Positions 1 through 14,622 are shown, counted from the first letter of the stretch. The stretch is DNA of 64,000 nucleotides from the human T2T-CHM13v2.0 reference genome, Homo sapiens (GCF_009914755.1 NC_060947.1); one strand, 5' to 3'. Notes: generated by a model not told the origin, from the sequence alone. Numbers and translations are program-made.

Positions 1-1011
<1,011 letters not shown>

Positions 1012-2114
1012 TTACATCACATCATATGAGATCTTACAGAACAGATCCTTTTATCATGACAAATTAATCATTAGTATTGAATGCTAGTGATGGAAATAAA
1101 TAATAAAGGAAGTTTATTTTGATACATTAATTGTATATGTCATAGAAATGAAAAATAAAGATAATTTACTATATTTAGAAATACTCTGCTTTGGTAGAGA
1201 GAATAATTCCCTGAGCACATTTAGTACAGATTATTGGTCTTGCACACATGCTTAGATTAAAGATAAATATAAAAAGAGATTCATTTTTGACCTTCAGAAT
1301 CTAAAATGTCCAAATGCTCATCAAAAGAGAGAAAAGTCAATGAGTGAAGGCAAATTGTTTTTCTTTAAAGATTTTCTGCTTGAATGTCACTGCCTCTTAG
1401 TGCCCTACAGAACCACAAATTATGAATAGAATAAAAGGATGTACTTTAGAAAATATTGAACCAGATACTTCCAGTGTCTGTGCTATATATTGGGAGAAAA
1501 TGAAGCACTCTTAATAAATAGATAAACTTTTAAACTGGTTATTGCTTCAGTATACCAAATGGTATCCTTGTCGCCCACAATATTTAATGCCTATTCCTAA
1601 AGTGTTTAATATATTCTGGTAAACTATTTACTACTGGGAAACCTTGACTGACTTAGGAGATAATTAATTTAATTTGTGGTTTAGTGAACAAGAAACTTTC
1701 CTCATTTAATACCTTAAACTCTGAATCGAAACTTTTTCCATCACAGATGGCTGACAATATACAGGATATAACATATATTAAAAATAGATTGAATGTAATA
1801 TACTTGGAGCGACACTTGAGCTCTTCATGGCAGTGCAAAGATACTATAAGATATTTAACTGTGACTGAATCACAGTGAGCACAGTCAGCCACACCTTACT
1901 GGTCATTGTCAAGACTCCGTAAATCATGTTTGATAAGAACAGAGTTCGTCACAATCACATAAGCATTTATTTCCCTGACAATTAAATGGTGAAAATGCTT
2001 GGAGATAATATTTAGAACAAGATAGAATTACCATACAAAAGCCATTTTCTGTCGTAAATCTAATGATAATGCTACACTCTATAAGTCACAAACAACCATG
2101 GGTGTTTGCTAATT

Positions 2115-3159
2115 TTGCAGTACTTGCCTTCACTCTTCCAATGGAGAAATAATATTCTCAAAGACAACATTTAATAATAACGCACCATGTACGGTAATCA
2201 CTTCATTATTGGAAATGTTAACAAAGCATATATTATCTAGTTTAAAGTTTTATAAAGTGTATTCCTTAAAACATTACATCTACAGGATTAAAGTAGGCCT
2301 TGTGTTGAAAAGCAGTTCTCTTATCAAATTTACAGAATGTTGAATCAGGCAATATTAAACAGATTTTTGTTTGTTTTTAAAAATTGTTTTCCACTGCACA
2401 TTTTCTCAGAACTTTTAAAAGAGGTAGAATGCTTCTGACTATAAGATGGGAATATAGTATGTGACATTCCTCAGATGTATTTGAATATGGAGGCTTTTAT
2501 TCTGTTGTACCTTATGGGACTAATATTCCGTGAAACACTATTTGGGGAGTACAAATCTGATTAAAGCCCCTCACATGAAGCAACTTCCTAAGAAGCAGAT
2601 AAGCTATATGATATTCCTGAAGGTTTCAAAGTGACCTAAACAGAATTTAGGTGAAGGCCCCCTAGTTTACTGTCCAATACTTATTCCATTTTCACAATGT
2701 GGCTTTCCATTTTAACTGGTAATATTTATTTGAAATTTTTTAAAAATAAGTTTTACTCTAAAGTTTAGAGGAAACATTTAAAATAAGGCTAGAAGACTAG
2801 AACAGCAGGGTTAGGACAGTTCTTCTACCAAAGCAGTACACTTTCTAATACACAGCGTTATACACAGTATTGCAGTACTTGCCTTTACACTTCCAATGGA
2901 GAAATAATATCCTCAAAACAACATTTAATAATAACACGTCATGTACGGTAATCACTCTGTTAACTTGATAATTTGATAATTACAAATGTTAAGGATATAT
3001 GTATTTGTAAACTATTCATAAAATATGCTTATATACGTTATATTTATTCACCCTAATCTGTAACCTTACGGGCCATTGTTTTAGGATTATCTATTTATAT
3101 ATCTATATTAGAAATGTTAACAGAGCATAGATTATCTATCTTTTCTTGTGTAGTTTAAA
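2115..3159. repeat. Local dispersed duplication of about 125 bp (2115-2246 vs 2870-2956 plus 3107-3159)
   Basis: ttgcagtacttgcctt...atgtacggtaatcact and gaaatgttaaca(a/g)agcata(t/g)attatcta each occur twice. Confidence 0.85.
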
Positions 3160-6147
3160 CCTCACTCTAAGCATTTGCTGATAGAACAGTTTTGCTTTTC
3201 CATGCTGAAGCAATTGAAGAGCGGCCTGGGTTTACCCTGTCAGAATGTCTCACCTATAAACATTTGTACTAAAGTCACAGCAACATTTGAAAGATGCTAC
3301 AAAATAACCCAGCTCATAATGTGGACTTCCAAGATTTTCTGCAAAAATGAGTCAGCCCTTAGTAACTCTTGTCTATGTGTTTAAATATCATTTATGTAAT
3401 GTGATTAATTAAAAGAGCTTATTCTTATCATCTGCTTGTATTTTACATTGAACATTTTATAAATGTGTACTAGATGATAAAATAAACTGGTTTTACCTTA
3501 AAAAGAAAAGAAAAATAGATTCTTTCATCCCTTCCAGAAATTAAATTAGCATGAGAACTACACAAGGTGAACACATTCAGATTCAAATCCCTTTACGAAA
3601 GAGACCTCTTAATGATACACAAATCAATGAAAAGATATACGTATATCTACAATTAAAATTGCCTACTATTAAAAATAAATGGCTACACAACTTAATTTTT
3701 TAACTTGCAGACTGTATACAATGATATATAGCTATTTGAAATTGATATTAGAATTCTTAAGTGCAGTATTTATTGTATGTTAGGGCCAAATATTCCTGTG
3801 GAAAAGTACAGGTGTGAAATTGTAACTGAGAAAATGTGACTTTGTATATCGTTATGAATTCACATTATGCACACATTTTAGAAGCATATTTTATGTATAA
3901 GATCAAACTGTGTTATTCTTTCTTTTCTTTAGTTAGAGATGTCTATTGAAAGATAGAACTAGAAGGGATCTTGAAAGGTCATTAATCCATTCACTGCACT
4001 TAAACAAGACTAAACCTAAAAAAGGCTCAGAGAGACTATCTTTGGCAGTGGGAAAACTTTTCATGTCTAATTCCTTTTATGAAGACAATCTAGTAGAAAC
4101 AATAAAAAAGAAAAGCTTCCAATATGGCATTTTGCTTTTCTAAGATGATTTCCCATTCTGTTATTAAAAAAAGAACTGAATTTATATTTTTCTCTTTTTG
4201 TCTTGTCTCTCTTTGCAGGTGCACACTACGTGTATATGAATCATGATACAGTTCACAGCAACTGTAGCAATGCCACTGTGTTTCTGTTAATTAACTCAAT
4301 ATAACTATTGTGCATAAAAAGTGTACATTTAATAAGGAAATCAAGATTTAAAACAATTTCACAAAAGATTTTATTATAACCATACACAAAACACTTTTCA
4401 AATCACCAACCATTTGTTATTATTTCTTACAAATTCAGACATACAGGATTACGTTCTTGAAACTGCATAATTATATTAAATATAAGAATGTCTCTAAATT
4501 TCATGGCTTTTATCTACCATAATGGGTTATCATTCCAATAAAAATATTAAATATTTGTGCCTATATAATTTATATGTGCAAATTATATGCATATATATGA
4601 AATGTCCTATATATGTGTGTGTGTGTGGGTTTGTGTACACTTTGATGGAGAATAAGTTGTGTTATTTTATTAAGCAAAAACATTGCCTTTTATGGTACAT
4701 AAAATGACTCGTGTTTCCATGCTATTAAAATTCCTACGTAAGTCTAAATTCTTATACATTCCATTCTCTTTGTATATTTTCCTTTTAAGATGACAAACAT
4801 TTATTTCAAAATATCTACATTTTATAAGCATTATACTCTAGTATCCAGTTTACTTACTATATATATGTATCTGTATACATATGTATATTCACTTATACAT
4901 ATTGGTGGTAACACTTTTCTCCTTTTATTTTAGTTTTACATTTCTGGAGTTTGGGGAAAGAAGCTATTGAAATTTTTCTTATTTCAAGATATGTTTACAT
5001 GACCTACTTGCAAACTTAACAAAATCATCTGAGATTATTTTTTCTTCTTTCAGTAAACTTACCAAAATTTGAACATAACTTGAAAGTAATGATTGGTTTG
5101 CTGTTTTGATTGTTTGTAGACAAGTCCTGTGCCATTAGTATCTAATAAAGTGAGTGACATTGAAGAATTTGGTGACAAGAATACAAACTAGTCAAAATAG
5201 ATTGCCTCTATGTCAATAATTATAAGGCTGCATATCAAAAAAATATAGTCATATATATATTCTAGGCACTGTTTAGGGATAGTAAAAGAACTAAAAATTG
5301 TGTACATACATTTTGTTGGAACACAATGGAGGTGAGGTTGGGGGGTATGGTGTATTTCCGTGTGGTTTGAGTGCCTGTGTGTGTGTACGCGGGTGTGAGA
5401 ATTACTTTTTACAGAAATATAATTAAGTAAAAGTAACTTGGCATGTAAAATATGAGACAGTGAAGGAATAGGAGCATGGAAAACTATAAATTTTATAATT
5501 GTGCCATGTTTAGACTTTTCAGTTATTTCATAGTTATTGTATCAGACCTAAGACTGTGGCACATATTAGGTTCAAAATGGGAATGTAGATCCCTAATTCT
5601 AGATCCTTAATTCTTAATGCTTTTCACCATCACATGCTATAGTTCATTCACACAAATCACTGTGTTGTGTTTCTTTTGGTTGACACAGACCTATCCCCAA
5701 GAAAATGGACTCAAAAGACACCAATAAAAGCTTTTAAAAGTATTTTTATAAGCCTGGGAACTGCAATAACCCCTGTATCTATTAATTGTTATAATATAAT
5801 TATGTGAAATATGAGTGAATTGTGAAGAGACAGGAGTAAAAACTGAACTTTTGGGAAGGAAAATTGCTAAGGAACGAATGCAGAGTCCAGTCCCAAGGGA
5901 AATTGGTTAGGGTATCCATTTAGCACAGGGTATTTGGTAATCAAACACATGGACTGGAATACAGTTTCAGAAAACATTATGTATCTTAGTGATGAAAGCA
6001 ACTGCTTTTCACTTTTTGCAAACATGACATTAGTGAACCTTCTGCTAAATCCTCTACACTATTTAGTAAATCTATATCCATCAGATTGATTGTCTTTCTG
6101 ATACTGCCAAAGTTCAGGTGTATATTAATTTCAAGAATAATTGAAAC

Positions 6148-6584
6148 TGAAACATACCAAATAGTCCCATAGACAGTGTTTTATTTTTTTTGATTAACAT
6201 AGAAATTGACCTTTCTGATCTTAAAACGTGAAACTCACCAGATCCAGACAATTACATACCAGGCCTCTCAAATGGTATCAAAGAATTGAAACTCACCAGA
6301 TCATCACATTCTGACAATGAGATGTCAGGCCCCTCATTCATCATGATTGCTTCCTTAACCATCCTGAGTTTCCCTTTTCCAATTCATTGTTACATTTCTT
6401 CCCTGTATATAATCTAATTTCAGTTAGTCAGGGAGATGGATTTAAGACTGATCTCACATCTTCTTTGCTGTAGCACTTGATTAAAGACTCTCCCTTGGTG
6501 ATAACCATTATCTCAGTGATTGGCTTTCTATACAGCCAACAGGAGTAGCAGGAGCTAGACTGAACTCCTGGTGTTACTGAAACA
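6148..6584 (+). mobile_element. 5' LTR of LOR1-like ERV1 provirus
   Basis: TGAAAC start; homologous along its length to 14198-14622; TATA-like tatataa and attaaa signal; preceded by AAAC (6144-6147). Confidence 0.85.
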
Positions 6585-7495
6585 CCAGGAAAATTTTAAA
6601 GGAATTCCCATTTGCAGGTTGAATAAGCCCTACTGACTGAGAGAGGAGGGAAACACCCTGACTGTTTCAGTATGGACGCTTCTGGGGGCTTATGTGTAAT
6701 TGTGTGTTTTGTTTATGTGTCTGGGCATGTCAGTGTTTTTTGTGGGTACCAGACAGTGGGATTGACTCCTCTCAATTTGACAAATTCTGCAGTAATTTTT
6801 GTTTACAAATTGACCAAGTCCACCTAATGGAAAGGGAAGCATTCAGATTGTTTCAGTTTGGACATTCTTGGGGCTTGTGTGTTTCTGCAGTAGTTGGATT
6901 GTGTTTTGGTGATTGTTTGTGTGTGTTTCATGAAAAATTAGAATTCAATAAACAGATATTCTTTTGTAACACTGTTTGGCCCTAATATTCTTTGGAATCT
7001 GGAGTTTTCTATTGAATGAGAAAGTGTGTTTTTTTCAGGATCTTATGCTGCTGTTCTACGCAGGTATGTGCCTAGTTAGTAGGTTCCAGGTGATGTCCTG
7101 AGGTGCTGTTTGACCCTAATATTCTTTGGAGCCTGGGGAGGTTTGGGTCTTTAAGAATAAAACTGCCATTAAAGTTGCTTTACCCAAAATTTTGGTTCAC
7201 AGCCTACATTGGGTTACCTATTGGGGCAAACAAAGTTTAGTCATGTAAACATGTTCATAGACAGGTAAGTTTGTATTGCTATCTCATGGCTACAGTTCAA
7301 AGGTAAAAGCTATTGGAAAAAGCTTTGTGTACCTGAAGGGAAAATAGAAAGCTGAAAATATTTAGTTAATAAAATCTTTAAAACATGATAGAAAACTGAA
7401 GAAATGGCAATTAACATTGCTCATAGTCAAAGCTCTTAGTCTCAATGAAGGCAAACTGAGAACTATTATAATGAAACACATTGGAAGTTTGGCTA

Positions 7496-7879
7496 TTTTT
7501 TTATTATACTTTAAGTTCTGGGATATATGTGCAGAACATGCAGGTTTGTTACATAGGTATACACATGCCATGGTGGTTTGCTGCACCCATCAACCCATCA
7601 TCTACATTAGGTATTTCTCCTAATGCTATCCTTCCCCTATCACCCTATCCCTCCCCTATCACCCCATCCCATGACAGGCCCCGGTATGTGATGTTTTCCT
7701 CCCTGTGTCCATGTGTTCTCATTATTCAACTCCCACTTATGAGTGAGAACATGCAGTGTTTGGTTTTCTGTTCCTGTGTTAGTTTGCTGAGAATGATGGC
7801 TTCCAGTTTCATCCATGTCCCTGCAAAGGACATGAACTCATCATTTTTTATGGCTGCATAGTATTCCATGGTGTATATG
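7496..7879 (-). mobile_element. L1PA (about PA7/PA8) 3' end of a 5'-inverted insertion
   Basis: T-run then ttattatactttaagttctgggatatatgtgcagaacatgcagg; ORF 7726..7944 contains the ORF2 C-terminus YTMEYYAAIK. Confidence 0.9.
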
Positions 7880-9729
7880 GATCTCTCTGCAGAGAGTGGA
7901 TCTCTCTGCAGAAACTCTATAAGCCAGAAGAGAGTGGGAGCCAATATTCAACATTCTTAAAGAAAAGAATTTTCAACCCAAAATTTCATATCCAGCCAAA
8001 CTAAGTTTCATAAGCGAAACAGAAATAAAATCCTTTACAGACAAGCAAATGCCGAGAGATTTTGTCAACACCAGACCCGCCTTACAAGAGTTCCTGAAAG
8101 AAGCACTAAATATGGAAAGGAAAAACTGGTACCAGCCACTGCAAAAACATACAAATTGTAAAGACCATCGACACTATGAAGAAACCGCACCAACTAACGG
8201 GCAAAATCATCATAATGACAGGATCAAATTCACACATGACAATATTAACCTTAAATGTAAATGGGCTAAATGCCCCAATTAAAAGACACAGACTGGCAAA
8301 TTGGATAAAGAGTCAAGACCCATCGGTATGCTGTATTCAGGAGACCCATCTCACGTGCAAAGATACACGTAGGCTCAAAATATAAGAGATGGAGGAATAT
8401 TTACCAAGAAAATGGAAAGCAAAAAAAAAAAAAAAAAGCAGGGTTTGAAATCCTAGTCTCTAATAAAACAGACTTTAAACCATCAAAGATCAAAAAAGAC
8501 AAAGAAGGGCATTACATAATGGTGAAAGGATCAATTCAGCAAGAAGAACTAACTATCCTAAATACATATGCACCCAATACAGGAGCACCCAGGTTCATAA
8601 AGCAAGTTCTTAGAGACCTACAAAGAGAATTAGACTCCCACACAATAATAGTGGGAGACTTTAACACCCCACTGTCAATATTAGACAGATCAATGAGACA
8701 GAAAATTAACAAGGATATCCAGGACTTGAACTCAGCTCTGGACCAAGTGGACCTAATAGATATCTACAGAACTCTCCACCCAAAATCAACAGAATGTACA
8801 TTCTTCTCAGCACCACATCGCACTTATTCTAAAATTCACCACATAACTGGAAGTAAAACACTCCTCAGCAAACGCAAAACAATGGAAATCATAACAAACA
8901 GTCTCTCAGACCATAGTGCAATCAAATTAGGAATCAGGATTAAGAAACACACTCAAAACCACACAACTGCATGGAAACTGAATGACCTGCTCCTGAATGA
9001 CTACTGGGTACATAACGAAATGAAGGCAGAAATAAAGATGTTCTTTGAAACCAAGGAGAACAAAGACACAATGTTTCAGAATTTCTGGGGCACAGCTAAA
9101 GCACTGTTTAGAGGGAAATGTATAGCACTAAAGGCCCACAGGAGAAAGTGGGAATGATCTAAAATCAACACCCTAACATCACAATTAAAAGAACTAGAGA
9201 AGCAAGAGGAAACCAATTCAAAAGCTAGCAGAGGACAAGAAATAACTAAGATCAGAGCAGAACTGAAGGAGATCAAGGCACAAAAAAAATTCAAAAAATC
9301 AATAAATCCAGGACATGGTTTTTTGAAAAGATTAACAAAATAGATAGACCGCTAGCCAGACTAATAAAGAAGAAAAGAAAGAAGAATCAAATAGACACAA
9401 TAAAAAATAATAAAGGGGATATCACCACTGATCCCACAAAAATACAAACTACCATTAGGGAATACTACAAACACCTCTATGCAAATAAACTAGAAAATCT
9501 AGAAGAAATGGATAAATTCCTGGACACATACACCCTCCCGAGACTAAGCCAGGAAGAAGTCGAATCCCTGAATAGACCAATAAGAAGTTCTGAAATTGAG
9601 GCAGTAATTAATAGCCTACCAATCAAAAAAAGCCCAGGATGAGGTGGATTCACAGCTGAATTCAACCAGAGGTACAAAGAGGAGCTGGTACGATTCCTTC
9701 TGAAACTATTCCAAACAATAGAAAAAGAG
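7880..9729 (+). mobile_element. L1PA inverted segment: end of ORF1 and ORF2 endonuclease region
   Basis: ORFs 8176..8385 (MTGSNSHMTILTLNVNGLN) and 8519..9157 ([15 protein letters not shown]) are L1 ORF2p endonuclease motifs. Confidence 0.92.
8215..9157 (+). pseudogene. Disrupted L1 ORF2p APE-type endonuclease domain
   Basis: Catalytic motifs NVNG, QETH, GDFN, SDH present but split by frameshift/stop. Confidence 0.85.
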
Positions 9730-10521
9730 TATACAGGACTCACTACAAGGGTACCTCATTTACTCAGCCTTCCACTCTCAACTTCAGATGAGAACTGGAG
9801 TGTGCAAGCACTGGAATTGGCCAACTGGTTTGGTGTCAGCAGGAGTGAGCTCCATGTGGGCCCTGTGGCATTGTCCACGTATGGATGCCTGTGACCCCAA
9901 AGCCCTAGAGGTCATGTTACCAGTGCTCTTTAAGCTGTGTCATCCATGGATGGCTTAAGTGTTTGTAGCTCAGTGGGCACTTTGCCTCATTGTGTGGGGC
10001 CGCTGCCCTCCACCACTGAGGGGAAAGGGCCAGTGTGACAGCCTTTTGTATCCACTTGTGGCTCCCAAGCTCCTGTCCAGAGTCCAGGAAAAATGAGGTT
10101 AAATGAACAAGTTGAAGGATGATATATGCAGGGTATTTTATTGCTGATTAAATTGCCTCTCAGTGGGAAGAGGTGCTCAAAAGGGGATGGGGAGGTAGGC
10201 AATCCTCCCCTGAAGTCTGGCTGTCTCCAGCCAGATTCTTCTCCAAGGTTACACCATCAAGCTGTCCCTCCGAAATCAAGCCATTTTTCTCCAACATCCA
10301 ACCATAGTCTCTGCTCCTCTCCAACTGAATCTTGGGTCTTTACAGGCACATAATGGAGGACAGGGTGGGCCATGGGTAGTTTAGGAAAAGACAACATTCA
10401 AGCAGGAAAACAGGGATATAAGTTCTCATTTTAGGCCATGGTTTCAGGCTTTTTGGCTTGAGGGTTTCACTGGGGACCTGCCCTTTTCTGCCTAGAATTT
10501 CTCTGCCTCCTTCACCTATCA
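9730..10521 (-). mobile_element. ERV1 LTR of the LTR27/LTR28 group
   Basis: Minus strand begins TGATAGGTGAAGGAGGCAGAGAAATTCTAGGCAGAAAAGGGC, matching my recollection of this group; GC-richer than flanks. Confidence 0.7.
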
Positions 10522-11931
10522 GTACAAGTACTAATGTACTTATTGGTCATCTGCCTACAGTGAATTTCTCAATTGCACAAAATATATATTGGTATTGATC
10601 AACTTGAAGACATTAATCTGTATACCAGAAACAAAATGTCCATTAGGTGTTTGTTTTAGGCTCTGGGTAACATTGTAGCCTCTCATATAAACTGAGTAGG
10701 AGAAATAATTGGAGTCGGTTTTCTGTTTATTTGTTTTTGCTTTTAATTTTCATTTATTTGCTGTTTGATCTTTTTGGAATTTTAATTATATATACATATA
10801 TATAAAACCATTGATGGTTTTTAGTTTCTAATGGAAGGCTTTTATTTGATCCCATGAATAGCCATTTATTGGCCTATGCATTTCCAACAATTCATCATCT
10901 GTTCTATTTATCTAAAATTCCAAGCTGCCTATGTCAAACCTGCAAAAAGTAAGTAATAGAGGACGTCAACTATTTAAAATTTGATTGGTTTTGTTTACCT
11001 CTGACAGAGAGCTACAAATGCTTTAAGGTTTCTGTAAAAATAAAATAAATAAGATTTATTTTTACATGTTTTGAGCAGCAGTGTTACATTACTTCATTTG
11101 AAAAAAGTAGGTGAGAATAAAGATGTTTAAATAATGTTTATTTCCAAGGTAATTCAGTTCAATCAATAATTTGAGTTGGTTTCAGATCTTTTTATTTAGG
11201 GAATGAAGAAAAATTATGACATGGACGTAAAGTTTTAATGTTCAGAAAAGTTTGGTCTTGCCCTTAAGGAAATTATACTGACTGTGATTTCTCTCAAACC
11301 AATTTAGTTGTATTTAACATTATTAAAATTCAATGACATTTGCTTGGGTTAAGTCATAATAAAAAAAGTATGACTTTCTAGTAATTTTTTTTTATCCCAA
11401 GCCATTTATCACTGATAGGCCTCGATGTGTATAATTGAAAATGAAATATGTACAAGTGTTACCCTGGCTTGAATATTTTACTGGTGAAAGTTACCTAATC
11501 AGTTGTCTGTACTGTATCTAGAAACCAATCTTGGAAATGTGTGATGATGTCCTTTTAAAACAGTTGAAAAGAAATTACTGTGTGCTTGTTCTTAATTTGT
11601 CCCTGTTTTGTTGTATAGTATTTAAATGAAAGGAGATTATTTTTTCTCACACTGAATTTCCAAAACTGATAACTGCATTTATAATTTTTTAAATGATGAA
11701 GAGAAACCTTAGTCATCTTACTTTGATAAGTTTGGAGCAGGAACTATCACAAAAGTTTGGATAGTAGGAACTATCCAAACAAAAGTTTGGATGCTTTTGA
11801 TCACAGTTTTGTCACTAGAATGCTAGCAACTAGACATGCAATAAGTAATCTGACTAACTTAATACACAGTGGTTTCAAGTGCAGCAGGCAGTAGCCTCTA
11901 AACACCAAATCACAGTGTTTTAATTTGTGAA

Positions 11932-12193
11932 ACGATAGAGAAAATGATAGCACTTTCTGTGGTATAAATATCTTATTAACCCATCCTTGTGCTGTTAAGT
12001 TATAGGGCTTTGAATCCTGGAACTTAACAGCACAAAGTGCCTTTGTATCTGAAAAGGCACACACGATAGAGAAAATGATAGCACTTTCTGTGGTATAAAT
12101 ATCTTATTAACCCATCCTTGTGCTGTTAAGTTATAGGGCTTTGAATCCTGGAACTTAACAGCACAAAGTGCCTTTGAATCTGAAAAGGCACAC
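11932..12193. repeat. Tandem duplication, 2 x 131 bp, one mismatch, each unit with two inverted repeats
   Basis: 11932-12062 equals 12063-12193 except ctttgTatc vs ctttgAatc. Confidence 0.95.
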
Positions 12194-14197
12194 ACTTCTG
12201 CTAAATTTTGAGCATTGACAACAGTCTAAGCTGTGTTTTGAGACCACAGAGAAAGTGAAAATCAGAATGAATGCTTTTGTGAAACACAGAACAAGAAGTT
12301 TGAACCGTTCAATCTCTCTAGACTCAGGGACTATCATGAAACAGGTGGGCACATGAAATTTTAAGGGCCAATTTTGTGAGATAAAATTTGTTCAGAGTTT
12401 TTTTTATATATAAATTAAACATTAATATTAAAAGCACACTGATGTAAAGCCAACATCTAGGCCTGTGTGTAAAAATAACAGGGTTTTCTTGGAGCATTGA
12501 TCTGCTCTTTAATAGAGTTATAAAAGATTTAACAGAAATTTTATCTTATGGTCAAACTGATTAAAATTAGATAGATTTGTTTTTAAGGTTTTATTAAATT
12601 TTATTAAAATTAGCTTTAACATTAATAATACACCATACAAAGGTAAAATTTGGTTTTCTTCTTTGGAGAAAATTTTCATGTACTGGATAATAGGAGATTT
12701 TTGTTTACCATTTGATTACACTGCGGGGGAAAAAGGATAGGGAGAGACAAATTTATTTGACCTCATGCTATCTTTATTAGGTTTCATTGTTTGAGAAACT
12801 TCGTCTCATCACTATCAAAGGATAATTGTTTTTGTGGTATCATTCTGGCTAAATGAATGACTAGTTTGTAGTAACTTGTGGTTCTATTTTGTAGTATCAA
12901 TTGTCTTAAACCTTTGATAGTTGAAAGATTTTCCAACAGCAAAATTTCAAGTTCGAAATTCAGTCTTTTTAACCTCATACTAACTTTTTTTTTTTTATAT
13001 TGGGTCCCCTGAAGACCAACAGAGACACATTAGGCTTATTTGGTAAGTTAGAATTATACAAAAATCATTGTCAAATGTGACATAGTATTTAACTTCTTTT
13101 GGGTTATATTTATAAAGATGTGTTATTAATACGTGTTCTAGGACTGTATGATATTCCTGAAATTCTGACATACCTTAATATATTTGTTAAGTAATGATTA
13201 TAATTATGTTGAATTTTTTTTTTTTGCCAACAGAAATTACCTAATTTCCTCATCAACTGTATCTTTAACTATGACTGTTTTAAGACTTTTGTCATCCACA
13301 GTTGTTTCTTGTTGATTCTTGTTAAAAAGTGACTTAAAATCAGTTTTAATCCAGGGCTTGCTTCTTTGGGGCAGTTTATGGAAGGAACTCATGAATAAAG
13401 AATTCTGATAACTTTGGAGATTGTGCCACTGGATTAGAAAGAAAACTTCCAGCAGTCTAATTAACTAGCTGATGTGTTTATAAAGACTGCTAACAAAATA
13501 TGAAGCACAGTAGGAGCTGATTGGATGGTCTGAACTAATGGTGGACTGACATAATTTTTATGGCTTTTTTGCTTGAAATATTGTTGATTCTTTGTTTTTC
13601 AGAATCTGGAGAACTTTTTTCTTTAGAGCTATTTATAACCTTGAAATATACTTTAAGTATATTGAGGATAGATTGAAGATTTTGAGTCATAGTCCTCTCT
13701 CTCTCTGCCTAAAATTTGTAAACTATTTGTGAATATTCTTAATTCATGGCAATGTGATTGTTTGTATATGTTTAGTAAGAACTTGTTTTCTTTTATAAGG
13801 GGATGCAGTTGGAGGAACTGATTATTTTCCAAGGGTTTTGACTGAAATGGTCTGTGAGAAGTTTCAGCAAAGCCAACTCAAGAGAGCCTATTTGGACAAT
13901 AATTATTTCTGCACTTTATGTGGGTAATCAGGCCAAATATATGGGACTAAATCTTATTTTGCAGGAAGGTTTGTCCTATTATAATTGGTCTTTGGTGAAA
14001 GTGGGTGACTAGAGAGAGAAAAATTGTATTTCAAAAGAAAACTATAGTACCAATCTTTGATTTCTCCATGGCCACATGATCACCCATGGTATGGAGTACC
14101 CACAATGCCCCTCCTCAGCAGGAAGAAGCCAGAATGATTGATCATCAGAATCCCCATGATTGAGGAATTGATAAATAAAAGGGGGGGGGGGAGGTGC

Positions 14198-14622
14198 TGA
14201 AACCAATCTAATAGTCACATAGGTTTTTTTTTTTATAAAAATAGAAATTGACCATTCTAGTCTTAAAACTTGAAACTCACCAGATTAAGACAATGAGATA
14301 TTAGCCCTCTCAAAAGGTATCAAATATCAAACTCATCAGATCATCACATCCGGACCATGAGACACCAGACCACTCATTCATCATGATTACTTCCTTACCT
14401 CACCTGAATTCCTGTTTTCCTATACATAGTTACATTTCTTTCCTGCTATATAAACCTCTAATTTTAGTCAGTCAGGGAGATGGATTTGAGCCTGATCTCC
14501 CCTCTCCCTGGCTGTAGCACCTGTTTAAAGTCTTTTTTCTTGGCAATAATCATTGACTCAATGATTGGCTTTCAGTGCAATGAACAGCAGGACCTAGGCC
14601 AAATCCCTAGTGTTTGGTAACA
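14198..14622 (+). mobile_element. 3' LTR of LOR1-like provirus
   Basis: TGAAACC...GGTAACA, followed by AAAC (14623-14626) completing a 4-bp TSD. Confidence 0.88.

Larger units (their letters stand above)
6585..14197 (+). mobile_element. LOR1/MER4-group ERV1 internal region (non-coding, decayed), interrupted at 7496-10521
   Basis: Lies between paired LTRs; polypurine tract aaaagggggggggggagg just before the 3' LTR; no gag/pol/env ORFs in the track. Confidence 0.75.

Noticed and set aside
11932-12193. Palindromic repeats resembling a CRISPR array or miRNA hairpin
   Set aside because: Only two units, no unique spacers, eukaryotic ERV context; stems too short for a typical pre-miRNA
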